A stretch of DNA of 64,000 nt from Selaginella moellendorffii (GCF_000143415.4 NW_003314267.1:2335839-2399838), one strand, 5' to 3'. Positions 1-13,210 are shown, counted from the first letter of the stretch. Numbers and translations are program-made. Notes: generated from the letters alone by a model not told the origin.

Positions 1-11
1 AATCTCCGAGG

Positions 12-969
12 TGTAAGCCAATGTTTTTGTATATATACCGATTCCTAAATCTCTTTCAATCCCCTTTCCCGAGTTAGACTGGACTTAAGGTTTGGCTACA
101 CTCCCTACAGGCACAAGTAGCCAAGCACACAAGGCCTCTAGATTTCTAACATCCTTTGGTACAACAAAACTTGCTTCTAAATCCTAAGCCTTGGGTGCAA
201 CACTTGCTTTGGGACACCAGAGGAAAACACTATGGCCTAACGGCCCGGTATGGGTACCTTTACTCCCCCACTACCATCCCGAAGGGAAGGCCTAAGCCCC
301 TAGGAAGGGGCGAGGACTAATGAGTCACAAGGTACTTAAGTAGGGCACCACTCCACATAAGCCAGGAGCACTGTAGTTGGTTTCCCTTCTAAGAATGGGA
401 GCTGGTCTTGAGCATTTCCTTGGGTGGCCCTTTTAACACCACCCAAGTCCATGCTCACTCCCACCCGAGGCCCCTTGGCCCCAGTCTCAACCTCAAGTCA
501 ATTTGGAAGCACCACTAGAGAGTTCTTCCAAGATTAGTTCCTAGACATCACTATCCCTACTACACTTTTGGAACCCCTTGTAGCCCCCCCCCTTCTAGAC
601 ACATGCTTTGGGCTTTCACCCCTCAACCTGTATTAGTATTCAGACTCGGTCTCGGACTCGATCTCGGACTTGACCTCAGACTTGGTCTCGGACTCAACCT
701 TGGACTCGATCTTGGACCCGATCTCGGATTCTGTCTTAGACTCGACCTTGGACTCAGTTTCAGACCTAATCTCGCATTTTGGACTTGGTTTCGAACTCGG
801 TCTCGAAGTCGGCGTCGGACTCGATCCTGAACTTTGTCTTGAACTCAGTCTCAGAGTCGGTCTTGGACTCGATCTCATACTCGGTCCCATCCGATGAACT
901 CTTTATTATTTCGGTCGTGCCTTCAGGGATCCTTTAGCCTACAACATCTCGGAGAGTTAGTTCCTTACA
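12..969 (-). repeat. 3' LTR of Ty3/gypsy chromovirus (LTR-A)
   Basis: Termini TGTAAG (12) and CTTACA (969) form a perfect 6-bp inverted repeat. Colinear with 6196-7320 apart from a deletion of about 150 bp near the left end. On the minus strand it is preceded by a purine-rich tract (GGGTGGCGGAGT, 970-981), a likely PPT. Confidence 0.9.
640..895. repeat. Degenerate 6/12-bp tandem array (GACTCG/GTCTCG/ATCTCG) inside LTR-A
   Basis: Repeating CTCGGACTCGAT-like units; source of the low-complexity ESEIESET/GLDLGL ORFs. Confidence 0.9.
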
Positions 970-1389
970 ACTCCGCCACCCATAGGAGAAATTCAACACC
1001 CACATTGAACGTCTCTTTTTAATCCTACGACTTGTTGACCATATCTCCGAGGGCATCCCCCCACTTAGCAGTGTGCCTAAGTTAGCTTCTCCCGCCAAGA
1101 GTATGACAACGAAATATAGGTGTCCCTATACCCCTCACCTCACCATGCCCTAGTATGGGGTGGGACTTGAACCCAACCTTTCTTTACTAGGGGGTTGGGA
1201 CTTGAACCCAACCTCCGTAGAATACATTTACGGATTCGACATTCTCATAGGGAGTCTGGTGTAGTTCCCTATGCCTGGTCAACCTAGCTAACCCATGGTA
1301 ATTAGCTTACTTTCGGTGTGCTTTCGGGTCCCAATATATGCCATTACTCAATTTCACATATTGATGCTTTAATTGAATTTTGCATAAGT

Positions 1390-4300
1390 ACATAGAGTTC
1401 TATCTTGCAAAAATTCCTTCACTAGGACTTGCGTGTTCGCCAAGTTCTCCTTCGGTTCCTATGTTGCTTCGTAGTGTAGAAATCCTTTCCACTTCACATG
1501 GAACTCTCTCACCTCACGTCCTTGTCGCTTGCTCTTGCGCGCATTGAGGATGGCCTTGACTTCGTATTCCTCTTCCCCTTGAATAACTTTAGGTAAAGGT
1601 TTTACTTGGTCCTTGCGAAGCGGATCCTCAAAGTACTGCTTGAGTAAGTTCACGTGGAACACGGGGTGCATCTTCCCCATCTCTTGAGGAAGTCGGAGAC
1701 GGTAAGCCACTTTACCGATTCGCGCCTCAATCTCGTAAGGCCCCACAAACCTGCTTAGGGAACTCAAGATCAATTCATTTACAGGAATACATGCATTTTT
1801 ACCTTTGGGTCAACTTCCAACTGATCCCACTTGGTAGCCTGAGGTTCTTGGTGTTCAGCCACACTTTCTCCCCAGTTTGGAACTCTACATCCCGGCGCTT
1901 TTGGTTCGCGTACTTGGTTTGCCTTTGTTAAGCCTGTTCCAAGGAATCCCTCACTAGATTCCAAATGCTGAGTCTTTGGACTGTGAATGCCTCCACTGCG
2001 GGTAACTCTCCATGATACTCGGCCAAGCCGAGTTCCACAGGACTTTCAATAGCTCGCCCATTGATGACTTCCCATGGACTCACCCTGATACTCGAATGTG
2101 GTGAGTTGTTATAACACATTTCCGCAAGTCCCAAATGACTTACCCAATCGGTTTGGTCTCTTGAGACATAGCATCGCAAATAATCCTCCAGCTACCTATT
2201 CACCCTTTCCGTTTGTCCGTCTGTCAAGAAGTGTTAGTGCCATCAAACTTAACTTAATACCCAATACCTGTATATGGGTGATAGGCTGTGCTGAATTTCA
2301 ACTTAGTGCAATATTGTTCTAAGAGAGTCCTCCAGAACCTACTAGTGAAGATCTTATCTCGATCTGAGATGATCTCTTTCAGCCTTCCCCACACTCAAAC
2401 CACTTGTTCAAAGAAGAGCTGCGCCATACCTTCTGCATCCACTTTCGTTGTCGTGGGTATGAAATGTGCCATTTTCGAAAATCGGTCCACCACCACGAAT
2501 ATCGTATCAAACCTTGCTTGGGGGGAGTCCCGTGATGAAGTCCATCGTAAGACATTTCCACGGACGATCTAGAATTGGGATGCTTTGCAACAAGCCCCCA
2601 CTAGCCTTAGTCACGGCTTTGACCTGTTGACATGTTAGACATGTCTTTACATAGTTTTAGACGTCCTTAGCCATATCTGGCCAATGGTACTTCCTCTTGA
2701 GTAAGCCTATCATCTTGGGCACTCTGCCGTGTCCCGCAAGAGGTCCGTCATGACACTCTTCTATGGCTACCTTCTTTAGTTCCCCTTCTGGAACATACAC
2801 CCTCGTTTGCATGTAATAGATGAGTCTGTTGCATTTTGCATAGCCCGTTTTCTCTTCTGTTGGCAGCTCACCTCTTTGGTGAGCTTCCCGTGCCTCTAGA
2901 TTCCTCAGCAAAACTTCTTGGGCTAAACCATCGTTCTCATATGCTGTCCACACATCGTCCCAAAAGGTTGCTGTCACATTGGATATCCCCAACCTCAAGC
3001 TCGCTTTTCAACTTAGCGCATCCGCCACGATGTTGCTCTTCCCAGGCTTGTACAGAATCTCGTAATCAAACTCGGTCAAGGCATTGGCCCACCGACCTTG
3101 TTTCCCTCTCAGGTCGGGCTGTGACAGGAAGTGTTTCATTGCCACATTGTCCGTGTAAACCTTGAAGTGTTTCCCAAGGTAGTGTTGCCACTCCTTGAGT
3201 GCCTTGACCACCGCAAACAATTCCTTTTTGTGGGCAGGCCACTTCCATTGAGCCTTGTCCAACTTCTTCGAGAAGAATGTTACTGGATGGTTGTCTTGCT
3301 TCAAAACTGCGCCTAACGCAAAATCCGAAGCATCTGTTTCTACCTCAAAGTCCTTACCAAAGTCTGGTAATGCCAACACGGGAGCCTTCCTCAATTTCCC
3401 TTTGAGGTGGACGAATGCCGCTTCGCATTCTGCTGTCCATACCATCTTCCCTTTTCCTGTTTGGTCCGTTAAGGGCAGGGCTACTCTCGAATAGTGTCTG
3501 ATAAACTTTTGGTAGTAGTTGCATAGCCCCAAGAATGCCCTCAACTCATGTACATTCGATGGTCGCTCCCATTTCTGGATCGCTTGGACCTTCTCCGGGT
3601 CCACCTTGAGCCCATCCTGGCCCACCACATGCCCGAGAAACTTTACCTCTTGTTGAGCAAAGTCACATTTGCTCTCTTTAGCATACAATTTGTGTTCCCT
3701 TAGTTTCTCAAACACCTTCGCCAAATGTTCGGCATGCTCTAGCATTTTGCTATAGATCAAGATGTCGTCGATATAGATGACCACAAAGTGATCCAGATAG
3801 GGTACAAAGATATGGTTCATCAATGCCGAAAACGTTGCCGACGCATTGCACAGCCCAAAGGGCATCACCAGAAACTCAAAGCTCCCATACCTGGTTTGAC
3901 AGGTTGTCTTCTCGACATCTTCCTCTGCTACCTTGATCTGGTAGTATCCTGACTTCAAGTCAATCCTTGAGAAGTATTTTGCCTTTCCCAACCTATCGAA
4001 CAGGTCCTCAATCCTTGGCAAAGGGTACTTGTTCTTCTTTGTATATTTGTTGAGCAACCGGTAGTCTATGCACATGCGTATAGATTCATCTTTCTTTTTC
4101 GTAAATAACACCAGCGCCCCATACGGCGACTTGCTCAACCTAACATACCCTTTGTCCACCAACTCCTCTAGTTGGCGCTTGAGCTCCTTGAGTTCTTTTT
4201 CGTTCAAACGATAGGGGGGACGAACCACAGCCTCAGCACCCTCAACCAGCTCAATCTTATGTTTTATCGGTCGTGCGGGGGGCAACCCCGCTGGTAGCTC

Positions 4301-6136
4301 CTCCGGCATGGTATCCTAGAATTGGTCCAACACCCGCTGGATCACTAAAAGTACTTCTTCCGTTCCTGTCTTTTTGTCACTCTTCACCGAGAGTAAGCAC
4401 AAAAATGTTACCTTAGTTTCTTTAGTGAGTTGTCCTCTCGTGGACACCAGGTTTAAGTAGGAATCTTTGGCCTTGCTTTGCCCTACCTTTAGATCTTGGG
4501 CCTCCACCCTAGATCTTCTTCTTTGGGCATTCGCCAGTACCACAAGATTTCTACCTTGTCTATGTAGGGCTAGCACGAACCGATTGAACCAATCCATCTC
4601 GAAGATCACGTCAAATCCCGCCATGTCCAACACGATGAAATCCATGTCCACTTTCCATGTCCCTACTTCGACTCTCGCTTGTCGAAGTACCTCATCAGTG
4701 CTTTGGCTACCTTGAACAAACTCTATAGTCCTTGGTTCACCTAGTTGCTGCACCGTTAGTCCAGCTTGCCGGACTATGTCTGCAGCCACAAAATTATCTG
4801 AAGCACCTGTGTCAATAAGGATCTTAACAAAGCTACCTCCGAGCTTCCCTCAGAGGGCTAGTAGATGTCGCGAATGACTCTCTACCAAAGTTTCTCGTGT
4901 AATGAGTAACTTTGAGTTAGGGACTGGATCACATACCTCAGTTTGGATTTCACCCGACTTGATGGCCATATTGGTTCTGGCCTTCTTCGAGTAGGGACAT
5001 TCCCTCGAAAAGTGTCCCGCTTCACTGCAGTTGTAGCATATGTTGTTTCCTACGCTGCTATACAACCTGACCTTCTTATCTGTGGGTTTGTCTCTTTTCG
5101 TTTGACTCCCCCACGTACTCGCTCGCTGGCCACCAGATTTGCCTTTCTGGAACCCCGAGGACTCATTCTTAGAGAAACTCTTCTTGAATTTCCCTCGGCT
5201 ATACGTTCCTCTTGGTTTGGCCCCTTTGCTAAACGTGGACCCCGATCCCGTCGTGTTTCCCTTTCACAGGTTATCGTTGAAATGCACCTTGATGGCCGCA
5301 TCCAGCGCTTCCTTGTAGTTGGTCGAGTTCCACCGCATCACCTCACCGCAAGCCCAGGTTTGCAAACCTAATATGAAGGCATGGAATGCGTCCATATCCC
5401 CCATGTCCGTGACAAGTATCCTCTTTGCCATAAACCCATTCACATATTTTTGAATGGTTCTGGTCTACTTCAGCCTACTCAACTTGTCCCTTAGATGCAG
5501 AGTAGCATTCGGAGGAACGTAAGTCGCGCGGATCCTCGCCTTCATCATTTCCCAAGTGGCCACCGGTCTTTCGTTGGCCTCTGTCGTTCTCCACCAAGAC
5601 TTGGCATTATCTGCCAAATATGGTTTTGCATATGGGACCTTCTCCGAGCTTGGTAACCACAACACTCGGAAGTAGTCCTCCATATCATAAAACCAATCTT
5701 CCACCACCTTATAGTCATTCACTCCCTTGAAGACCGGTGGGGGCTTTGGTTTGTACTTGGGAACTGCTTAAGGGACTGATTCCACTTTGGTCTGTTCGAC
5801 CTTGTTTGGTTCTGCCTCAGTCCCTACTAAAGGGTCCGCACCCTCTGCGCTGCCAGCATCTGTAGTCTTTTGCTTTTTCGTCCGCTTCTCGTCACGCTTT
5901 AACTTATGTACGAGAGTCTCTAGCAGGGCATTGGTTTGTGCCAATTGTCCTTCTAGAACGTCCAATCGAGCCTTGGACGACCGAACCTCACCACCAGACT
6001 CCTGTTTGGAAGTTGCCTCACTGGAGTTCTCCTCACGCAAGGATTCCTCATCCATAGCCTCTTGTTCGACCGGAGGCTCCAGCTCTGGAGGAGGTTCCGT
6101 TTCCGCCTTGGTTCGTTTCCGCCTTGCCTTTGCCAT
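1390..6136 (-). pseudogene. Disrupted gag-pol polyprotein (Gag, PR, RT, RH, INT, chromodomain)
   Basis: ORF fragments 5768-6136, 5465-5722, 4850-5065, 4316-4789, 3008-4309, 2657-2998, 1928-2179 and 1459-1773 are separated by stops or frameshifts. An insertion of about 40 bp interrupts the integrase HPQTDGQ motif near 2230-2270. The 3' end is approximate. Confidence 0.9.
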
Positions 6137-6180
6137 CTCCCAGCAATCCGCCTCTATCCTTCGCTAGAATTGAGGAAAAG

Positions 6181-6192
6181 GCTCCAATACCA
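6181..6192 (-). other. Primer binding site, tRNA-iMet type
   Basis: Minus strand reads TGGTATTGGAGC, 10/12 to the canonical TGGTATCAGAGC, 3 nt from the LTR end. Confidence 0.85.
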
Positions 6193-6195
6193 AAT

Positions 6196-7320
6196 TGTAA
6201 GCCATAAATTTTTCCTTTCCAATTTGCCGGCTTACCTTGTCTATCCAACCAACATTGCCTTGGCTTGTGCTAAGTTCTCTCACCAAGGTTCCCGCCTATT
6301 GTACTAGCTCCTAGTTGGTCCTACTTGATTTCAGCTACTCACTGCTGTATGAGCAACGAAGCATTAGCCATCCATCCACGGATTCCCAAATCTCTCCCAA
6401 TCCCCCTCCCCAAGTTAGACTGGACTTAAGGTTTGGCTACACTCCCCGCAGGCACAAGCAGCCAAGCACACCAAGCCTCCAGGTTCCTAACACCCCTTGG
6501 TACAACAAGACTTGATCATGGGACCCTCTAAATCCCAAGCCTTGGGTGCAACACTTGCTTCGGGACATTGGGGCGAAACACCGTGGCCTAACGGCCCAGT
6601 ATGGGTACCTTTACCCCCCCACTTCCATCTCAAAGGGAAGGCCCAAGCCCCTAGAAAGGGCGAAGACCAATGAGTCACAAGGTACTCAAATGGGGCACCA
6701 CTCCATATAAGCCAGGAGCATCGCAGTTGGTTTCCCTTTTGGGAGTGGGAGTTGCTCTTGAGCACTTCCCTAGGTGGCCCCCAAGCCCATGCTCACTCCC
6801 ACCCAAGGCCCCTCAGCCTCAGTCTCAACCTCAAGTCAATTTGGAAGCACCACTGGAGAGTTCCTTCAAGACTAATTCCTGGACCTCACTATCCCTACTA
6901 TACTTTTGGAACCCCCTGCAGCCTCCCCCCCTTGGGAGACGCATGCTTTAGGCTTTCACCCCTTGACCCGTATTAGTATTCGGACTCGGTCTCGGACTCG
7001 ATCTCGGACTCGATCTTGGACCCGACCTCAGACTCGGTCTCGGACTCGATCTCGGACTCAATCTCGGACCTGATCTCGGACTCGACTTCGGACTCAACCT
7101 CGGACTCGGTCTCGGACCCGATTTGGATCTCGGACTCTGTCTCAAACTCGGTCTCCGATTCGGCCTCGGGCTCTATCCCGGACTCTATCTCGAACTCAGT
7201 CTCAGAGTCGGTCTTGGACTCGATCTTCAACTCGGTCCCATCCGATGAACTCTTTGTCATTTCGGTCATGCTTTCGGGGATCCTTTAGCCTACGACATCT
7301 CGGGGAGTCGGTTCCTTACA
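6196..7320 (-). repeat. 5' LTR of the chromovirus (LTR-B, 1125 bp)
   Basis: TGTAAG...CTTACA termini, adjacent PBS, and the same hexamer array at about 6980-7240. Confidence 0.92.
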
Positions 7321-10300
7321 ATGAGTGCATTGTATTCTATATGACCTGTTTTTTCTTCTGTTGGTAGCTCACCTCTCTGGTGAGCTTCCTGTGCCTCTTG
7401 GTTCCTTAGCAACACTTTTTGTGCTAAACCATCATTTTCATATGTTGTCCGCACCTCGTCCCAAAAGGTTGTTGTTATGCTGGACATCACTAACTTCAAG
7501 CTTGCTTTTTGACTTAGAGTATCTGCCACGATGTTATTCTTCCCAGGTTTATATAGAATCTCGCAATCAAACTTGACCAAAGCATTAGCCCACCGACCCT
7601 ATTTCCCTCTCAGGTCGGGTTATTACAAGAAGTGTTTTGTTGCCACATTATCCATGTAAACTTAGAAGTGTCTCCCAAGGTAGTGTTGCCACTCCTTGAG
7701 CGCCTTGACAACCGCAAACAATTCCTTCTCAGAGCAAGTCACTTTCGCTGAGCCTTATCCAACTTCTTTGAGAAGAATGTTACTTGATGGTTGTCTTGCT
7801 TCAAAACTACGCCTAACGCAAAATCTGAAGCATTCATTTCTACCTTAAAGTCCTTACCAAAGTCTGGTAACGCTAACATCAGAGCCTTCCTCAACTTCCC
7901 TTTGAGGTGGACAAATGCTACCTTGCATTCCACTATCCATACCATCTTCTCTTTTCCTATTTGGTCCGTTAAAGTTAGGGTTACTCTCAAATAGTGTTTC
8001 ATAAACTTTCTATAGTAGTTGCATAGCCCTAAGAATGCCCTCAACTCGTGTATATTCAATAGTCATTCCCATTCCTGGATCGCTTACACCTTCTTAGAGT
8101 CCACCTTGAGCCTGTCCTTGCCCACCACATGCTCGAGAAATTTTACCTTTTATTGAGCAAAGTCATATTTGCTCTCTTTAGCATACAGTTGGTGTTCCCT
8201 TAGTTTTTTAAACACTTTCGTTAAGTGTTCGGAATGCTCCTCTAACATCTCACTATAGATCAAGATGTCGTCAATGTAGATGACCATGAAATGATCCACA
8301 TAGGGTACAAAAATGTAGTTCATCAATGCCGAGAATGTTGCTGGTGCATTGCACAGCCCAAAGGGCATCACTACTTCCATACCTTGTCCGACATATTGTC
8401 TTCTCTACATCTTCCTCCATTACCTTGATCTGGTAGTATTTTGACCTTAGGTCAATCCTCGAAAAGTATTTCACCTTTCCTAACCTATCGAATAGGTCCT
8501 TAATCCTTAGTAAAGGGTATTTGTTCTTCTTTGTATACTTGTTGAGCAATTGATAGTCTATGCACATGTGTATAGATCCATCTTTCTTTTTCACAAATAA
8601 CACCGGTGCACCATAAGGTGACTTGATTAACTTAACATACCCTTTTTCCACCAACTCCTTAAGTTGGCGTTTGAGTTCCTTGAGTTCCTTTTTGTTCAAC
8701 CGATAGGGGGGATGAACCAGCGCCTTAGCAACTTTGACTAACTTAATATTATGTTCTATTGGTCGTGTGGGGGGTAACCTCGCCAGTAGCTCCTCTAGCA
8801 TGGTGTTTTGGAATTGGTCTAACACCCACTAGATCACTAAAGGTACTCGTCTTTTTGTCACTCCTCACTGAGAGTAAACACAAAAATGCTGCTTTGGTTT
8901 CTTTAATGAGTTGTCTTCTCGTGGACACCAGGTTCAAGTAGAAGTTTTTAGCCTTACATTGCCCTACCTTTAGATCCTGGGCTTCCACCCTAGATCGTTC
9001 TCCCCAGGCATTCGCCAGTACCATAAGGTTTCTACCTTGCCCATGCAGGGCTATTACAAACTAATTGAACCATCCCAAAGATTATATCAAATCCTGTGAT
9101 GTCCAACACAGTGAAATCCATGTCTACTTTCCATGTCCCTACTTTGACTTTTGCTTGTCAAAGTACCTCATCTGTGAATAAACTCTATAGTCCTTGGTTC
9201 ACCCAGCCACTGAACCGTTAGTCCGGCTTGCCGAACTATGTTTATAGCCACAAAATTATCTAAAGCACCTGTGTCAATAAGGATCTTAAGAAAGCTACTT
9301 CCGAGCTTCCCTCGGAGGGTTAGTAGATGTCGCAAATGACTCTTTACCAAAGTTGCTCGTGTCATAAGCAACTTTGAACTAAGGACTGGATCATGTATCT
9401 CAATTTAGATTTCACCTGACTTAATGGCTATATTGGCTTTGGCCTTCTTTGGGTAGGGACATTCTCTCGAAAAGTGTCCCACTTCACCGCAGTTGAAGCA
9501 TATGTTGTTTCCTACACTACTAATAGACTTAACCTTCTTATCCATAGGTTTGTCTATTTTCACTTGACTCCCCCATGTACTTGCTCACTGACCACCGGAT
9601 TTGCCTTTCTAGAACCCTAAGGACTCATTCTTAGAGAAACTCTTCTTGAATTTCCCTTTGCCATATGTCCCCCTTGGTTTAGCCCCTTTGCTAAATATGG
9701 ACCCCAACCCTGTTGTGTTCCCCTTCCGTAGGTTATCAATGAAATGCACCTTGATAGTTGCATCCAACACTTCCTTGTAATTGGTCGGGTTCTAATGCAT
9801 CACTTTGGCTCGAGCCCAGGTTTGCAAGCCTAATATGAAGGTATGGAACATATCCATATCACCCATGTCCATGACAAGTATCCTCTTTGCCATAAACACA
9901 TTCATATATTCTTGAATGGTTCCAATCTACTTCAGCATACTCAGCTCATCCCTTAGATGTAGAGTAGCATTTGGAAGAACATAAGTTGCACGAATCCTCG
10001 CCTTCATCATTTCCCAAGTGGCCACCAGTCCTTCGTTAGCCTCTATTGTTCTCCACCAAGACTTGGCATTATTTGCCAAATATGGTTTTGCACATGGGAC
10101 CTTCTTCGAGCTCAGTAACCACAACACTTGGAAATAATCCTCCATATCATAAAACCAATCCTCCACCACCTTATAGTCGTTCACTCCCTTGAATATCGGT
10201 GGGGGCTTTGGTTTGTACTAAGGAATTACTTGGGGGATTGATTCCACTTCGGTTTGTTCAACCTTGTTTAGTTCTGCTTCAGTCCCCACCGAAGGGTTCA

Positions 10301-10896
10301 CACCTTCTGCATTGCCAGCATCTATAGTCTTTTGTTTTTTCTTCCACTTTTTATCACGCTTTAGCTTGCATACGAGAGTTTCCAGCAGAGTATTTGTCTA
10401 TGCCATTTTAGGACATCCAATCAAGCCTTGGACAACCGAACCTCACCACCAAACTCTTGTTTGGAAGTTTTTGCACTAGAGTCCTCCTCATGCAAAGATT
10501 CCTTATCCATAGCCTTTTGTTTGACCAAAGGCTTCAGCTCTAGAGGAGGTTCTGTCTCTGCCTTGGTTCTTTTATGCTCTGCCTTTGCCATCTCCTAGCA
10601 ATCCTTTGGTACAACAAGACTTGATCATGGGACTCTCTAAATCCCAAGCCTTGGGTGCAACACTTGTTTCAGGATACCGGGGGGAAATACCGTGGCCTAA
10701 CGGCCCAGTATAGGTACCTCTACTCCCCCACTATCATCCCAAAGGGAAGGCCCAAGCCCCTAGGAAGGGGCGAGGACCAATGAGCCACAAGGTATTCAAG
10801 TGGGGCACCACTCCACATGAGCTGGGAGCACCGCAATCAGTTTCCCTTTTGGGAGTGGGAGCTGCTCTTAAACACTTCCTTGGGGGGCCCCTCTAG
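7321..10896 (-). mobile_element. Second, more decayed copy of the same chromovirus (partial LTR, gag, PR, RT, RH), interrupted by LTR-B
   Basis: 7321-10600 is colinear with 2820-6150 but has many more stops and frameshifts. 10601-10896 matches the LTR interior and runs into the N gap. Confidence 0.92.
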
Positions 10897-10996
10897 NNNN
10901 NNNNNNNNNNNNNNNNNNNNNNNNNNNNNNNNNNNNNNNNNNNNNNNNNNNNNNNNNNNNNNNNNNNNNNNNNNNNNNNNNNNNNNNNNNNNNNNN
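10897..10996. other. Assembly gap (100 N)
   Basis: Run of 100 N. Confidence 1.
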
Positions 10997-13210
10997 AGAG
11001 ATGATAACACACCAAGGATGGGTGCAACACCAATATGATAACATGCTATAGCACCAAAAGTTTAATCCAATAAAGCAACATTAGTAGCCTCAAGTGACAT
11101 ACTCTTTGATTGATGGCATGGTAAAAGAAGAGAATGCAATGAAGATCAAAAGAAAAAATAAGTTTAAACATAGCAATAGCTAGAATTCTAGAACTTGCAA
11201 AAAGCTAATACAAATCTAGGTCTAAAAGGGAATGAAAAAATAAAAACAAAAAGCGCAATCTTGACCACTAAAGCAAGGTAGCCCCAAAAGAACTTTATTT
11301 TTCAAAGATGAACCCCAATAGTGGTCATCTCCGCCAATGTGAGTGCTTAGGATATATATTAATTGGGGTTTAAACCTTTGCTTATATAGAAGAATGGATG
11401 GACTAGATTTAGTCTTAAATGGACAATCTACTATAATTAGTATATTATTTAGCCAAGGTAATACATATATATACACACATGTATTAACAAACCTTATATA
11501 GTAAAAATAGGCTGTGTTATAATTGTCTATATTATAATTATCTGCATTAAAAAATGTCAATTAAAATTTGACATTGATATTATAATTGATATTGAACATT
11601 ATACTGACATGTTATAACTTAATAATTTATAAATATATTCAATTAATTAACTAAAATCTAAAATCTTTATGTATGGAAACAAAGTATAATTTTATTTACT
11701 TTGAATTTTAATTAATTTGGTAATTTGGTAATTTGGATTTTGAGTTTTTTTTCTTATCTTTCTAATATCACTATATTTTGGTTTTTGTTTAAGTAAGTAT
11801 CTTTTGATAATATTTTAGTGCAAAATAAATATTTACATGCAGTGAATTCTATACTAGTAAAGAGTTGTTGTGATAAACCAGGATATTGCATAAAAGATTT
11901 CTTCGTATATTGTGAACAATGTTGTGAATAATCAATTCAATTTAAAAGCTACTCTCTCCCATAATAAACTTAAGCTCCCACATATCCATAACTTAACTGT
12001 AGTATTTTTTTATAATAAAAAAAGGAAAATAAATTTAAAATTTATAAGTATATATGAATGATAAAATTATACTTCAGATTATTAGTATAGTTTCAAAGTG
12101 TTATAAAGAATATTAGTACATAATTTTTTATTATATTATTCTTAATATTTTGTTATAAATTTTAATGTTTTATTTATTTTATTCTCTTTAAGTAATATAT
12201 TATTGATTTTTATAAATAATCATAAATGTGTTTATCGATATATCTAAAATGTTTAATTACAAAAACTTTTGCAATAATTTATTATACAATATCTTAAATT
12301 ATCATAACAACTACATGCTAGTGTAGAACTTAAGCAAGACCATAATCTTGTCACCCATTATTTCTAATTATTTAGTTTATACTTTTAAGAAGATTATTTA
12401 AATATTATTTACTTGAATATCTGTTAAACCATTATAATTTAAGTATACAATATATATAGTTTACCAGTATATCTAAATAAAATGTTAATTGAAATATATT
12501 TTGGTAATACATTACCAAATGATAAAAGAATCATTCTTTAGATATAATATAAAAAGAAATGAAAGTCCATACAAAGGGTTTTATTATATGCTCTATATTT
12601 TCTTTTAATTTTAATTATAACTATAACCTAATGTAAAGTAATCTATTTTATACACTTGATAAATTACCATATATCCTAACTCCTATACAAAAATAGACTT
12701 TAACAATACTGTGTACAAACGCATTTTATTAATTAGCAGAACAAATGATTTTCTGTTTTTTGTTTTTTTACTCAAGCTACCCAATTCGGGTAGAGACAAC
12801 CCTGCATGCTTTCTTCACTTTGTCTCTTTCTCTTTCTCTCTTTGTCTTCTTTTTCTGCTTTTGTTGTTGCGAGCTTTGGAGATCGGTGTATCGTTGCCTG
12901 CCTCTGGATTGTCTTTGTCAGACTTGCTTGTTACAGAGTAAGGAAAAAAAAAAAAAAAAAATCCCTTCTTCACGATGAAGGAAAAAGGAAGCAGAAGGAA
13001 ATGCATACCTCTCGTTTGGTTTCTCTTCTTTCCTCGTTTCACCTCCGTCTCCATCCTTCGTAAAATTACAGTGTGGGGTTGATGTTACAGCCGAGTCCTC
13101 GCTAGCTCGTAGCCATCGACGAGTGTGAGAGGACCAAAACCACCGCTGGATCGGAGGTAACAGCCTGCCTGTTCTCACTGTTTCTTTCTTCCCTGCGTGT
13201 ATCCATCCTC

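Larger units (their letters stand above)
12..7320 (-). mobile_element. Ty3/gypsy chromovirus LTR retrotransposon, degenerate, probably recombinant
   Basis: Minus-strand order: LTR, PBS, gag with zinc knuckle CYNCSEAGHFSREC, protease [21 protein letters not shown], RNase [11 protein letters not shown], integrase (HDGPLAGH, QTDGQTERVN, MHPVFHVNLLK), chromodomain EYEVKAIL...HVKWKGF, PPT, LTR. No matching target-site duplication (CGAGG vs ATGAG). Confidence 0.95.

Noticed and set aside
603-897. Low-complexity ORFs (GLDLGL, SDSTLDS, ESEIES) here and at 6948-7288
   Set aside because: They are translations of the LTR hexamer array in several frames, not genes.
10997-12700. Very AT-rich tract as a MITE or Helitron
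   Set aside because: No convincing terminal inverted repeats, TSD or hairpin-CTAG end could be identified.
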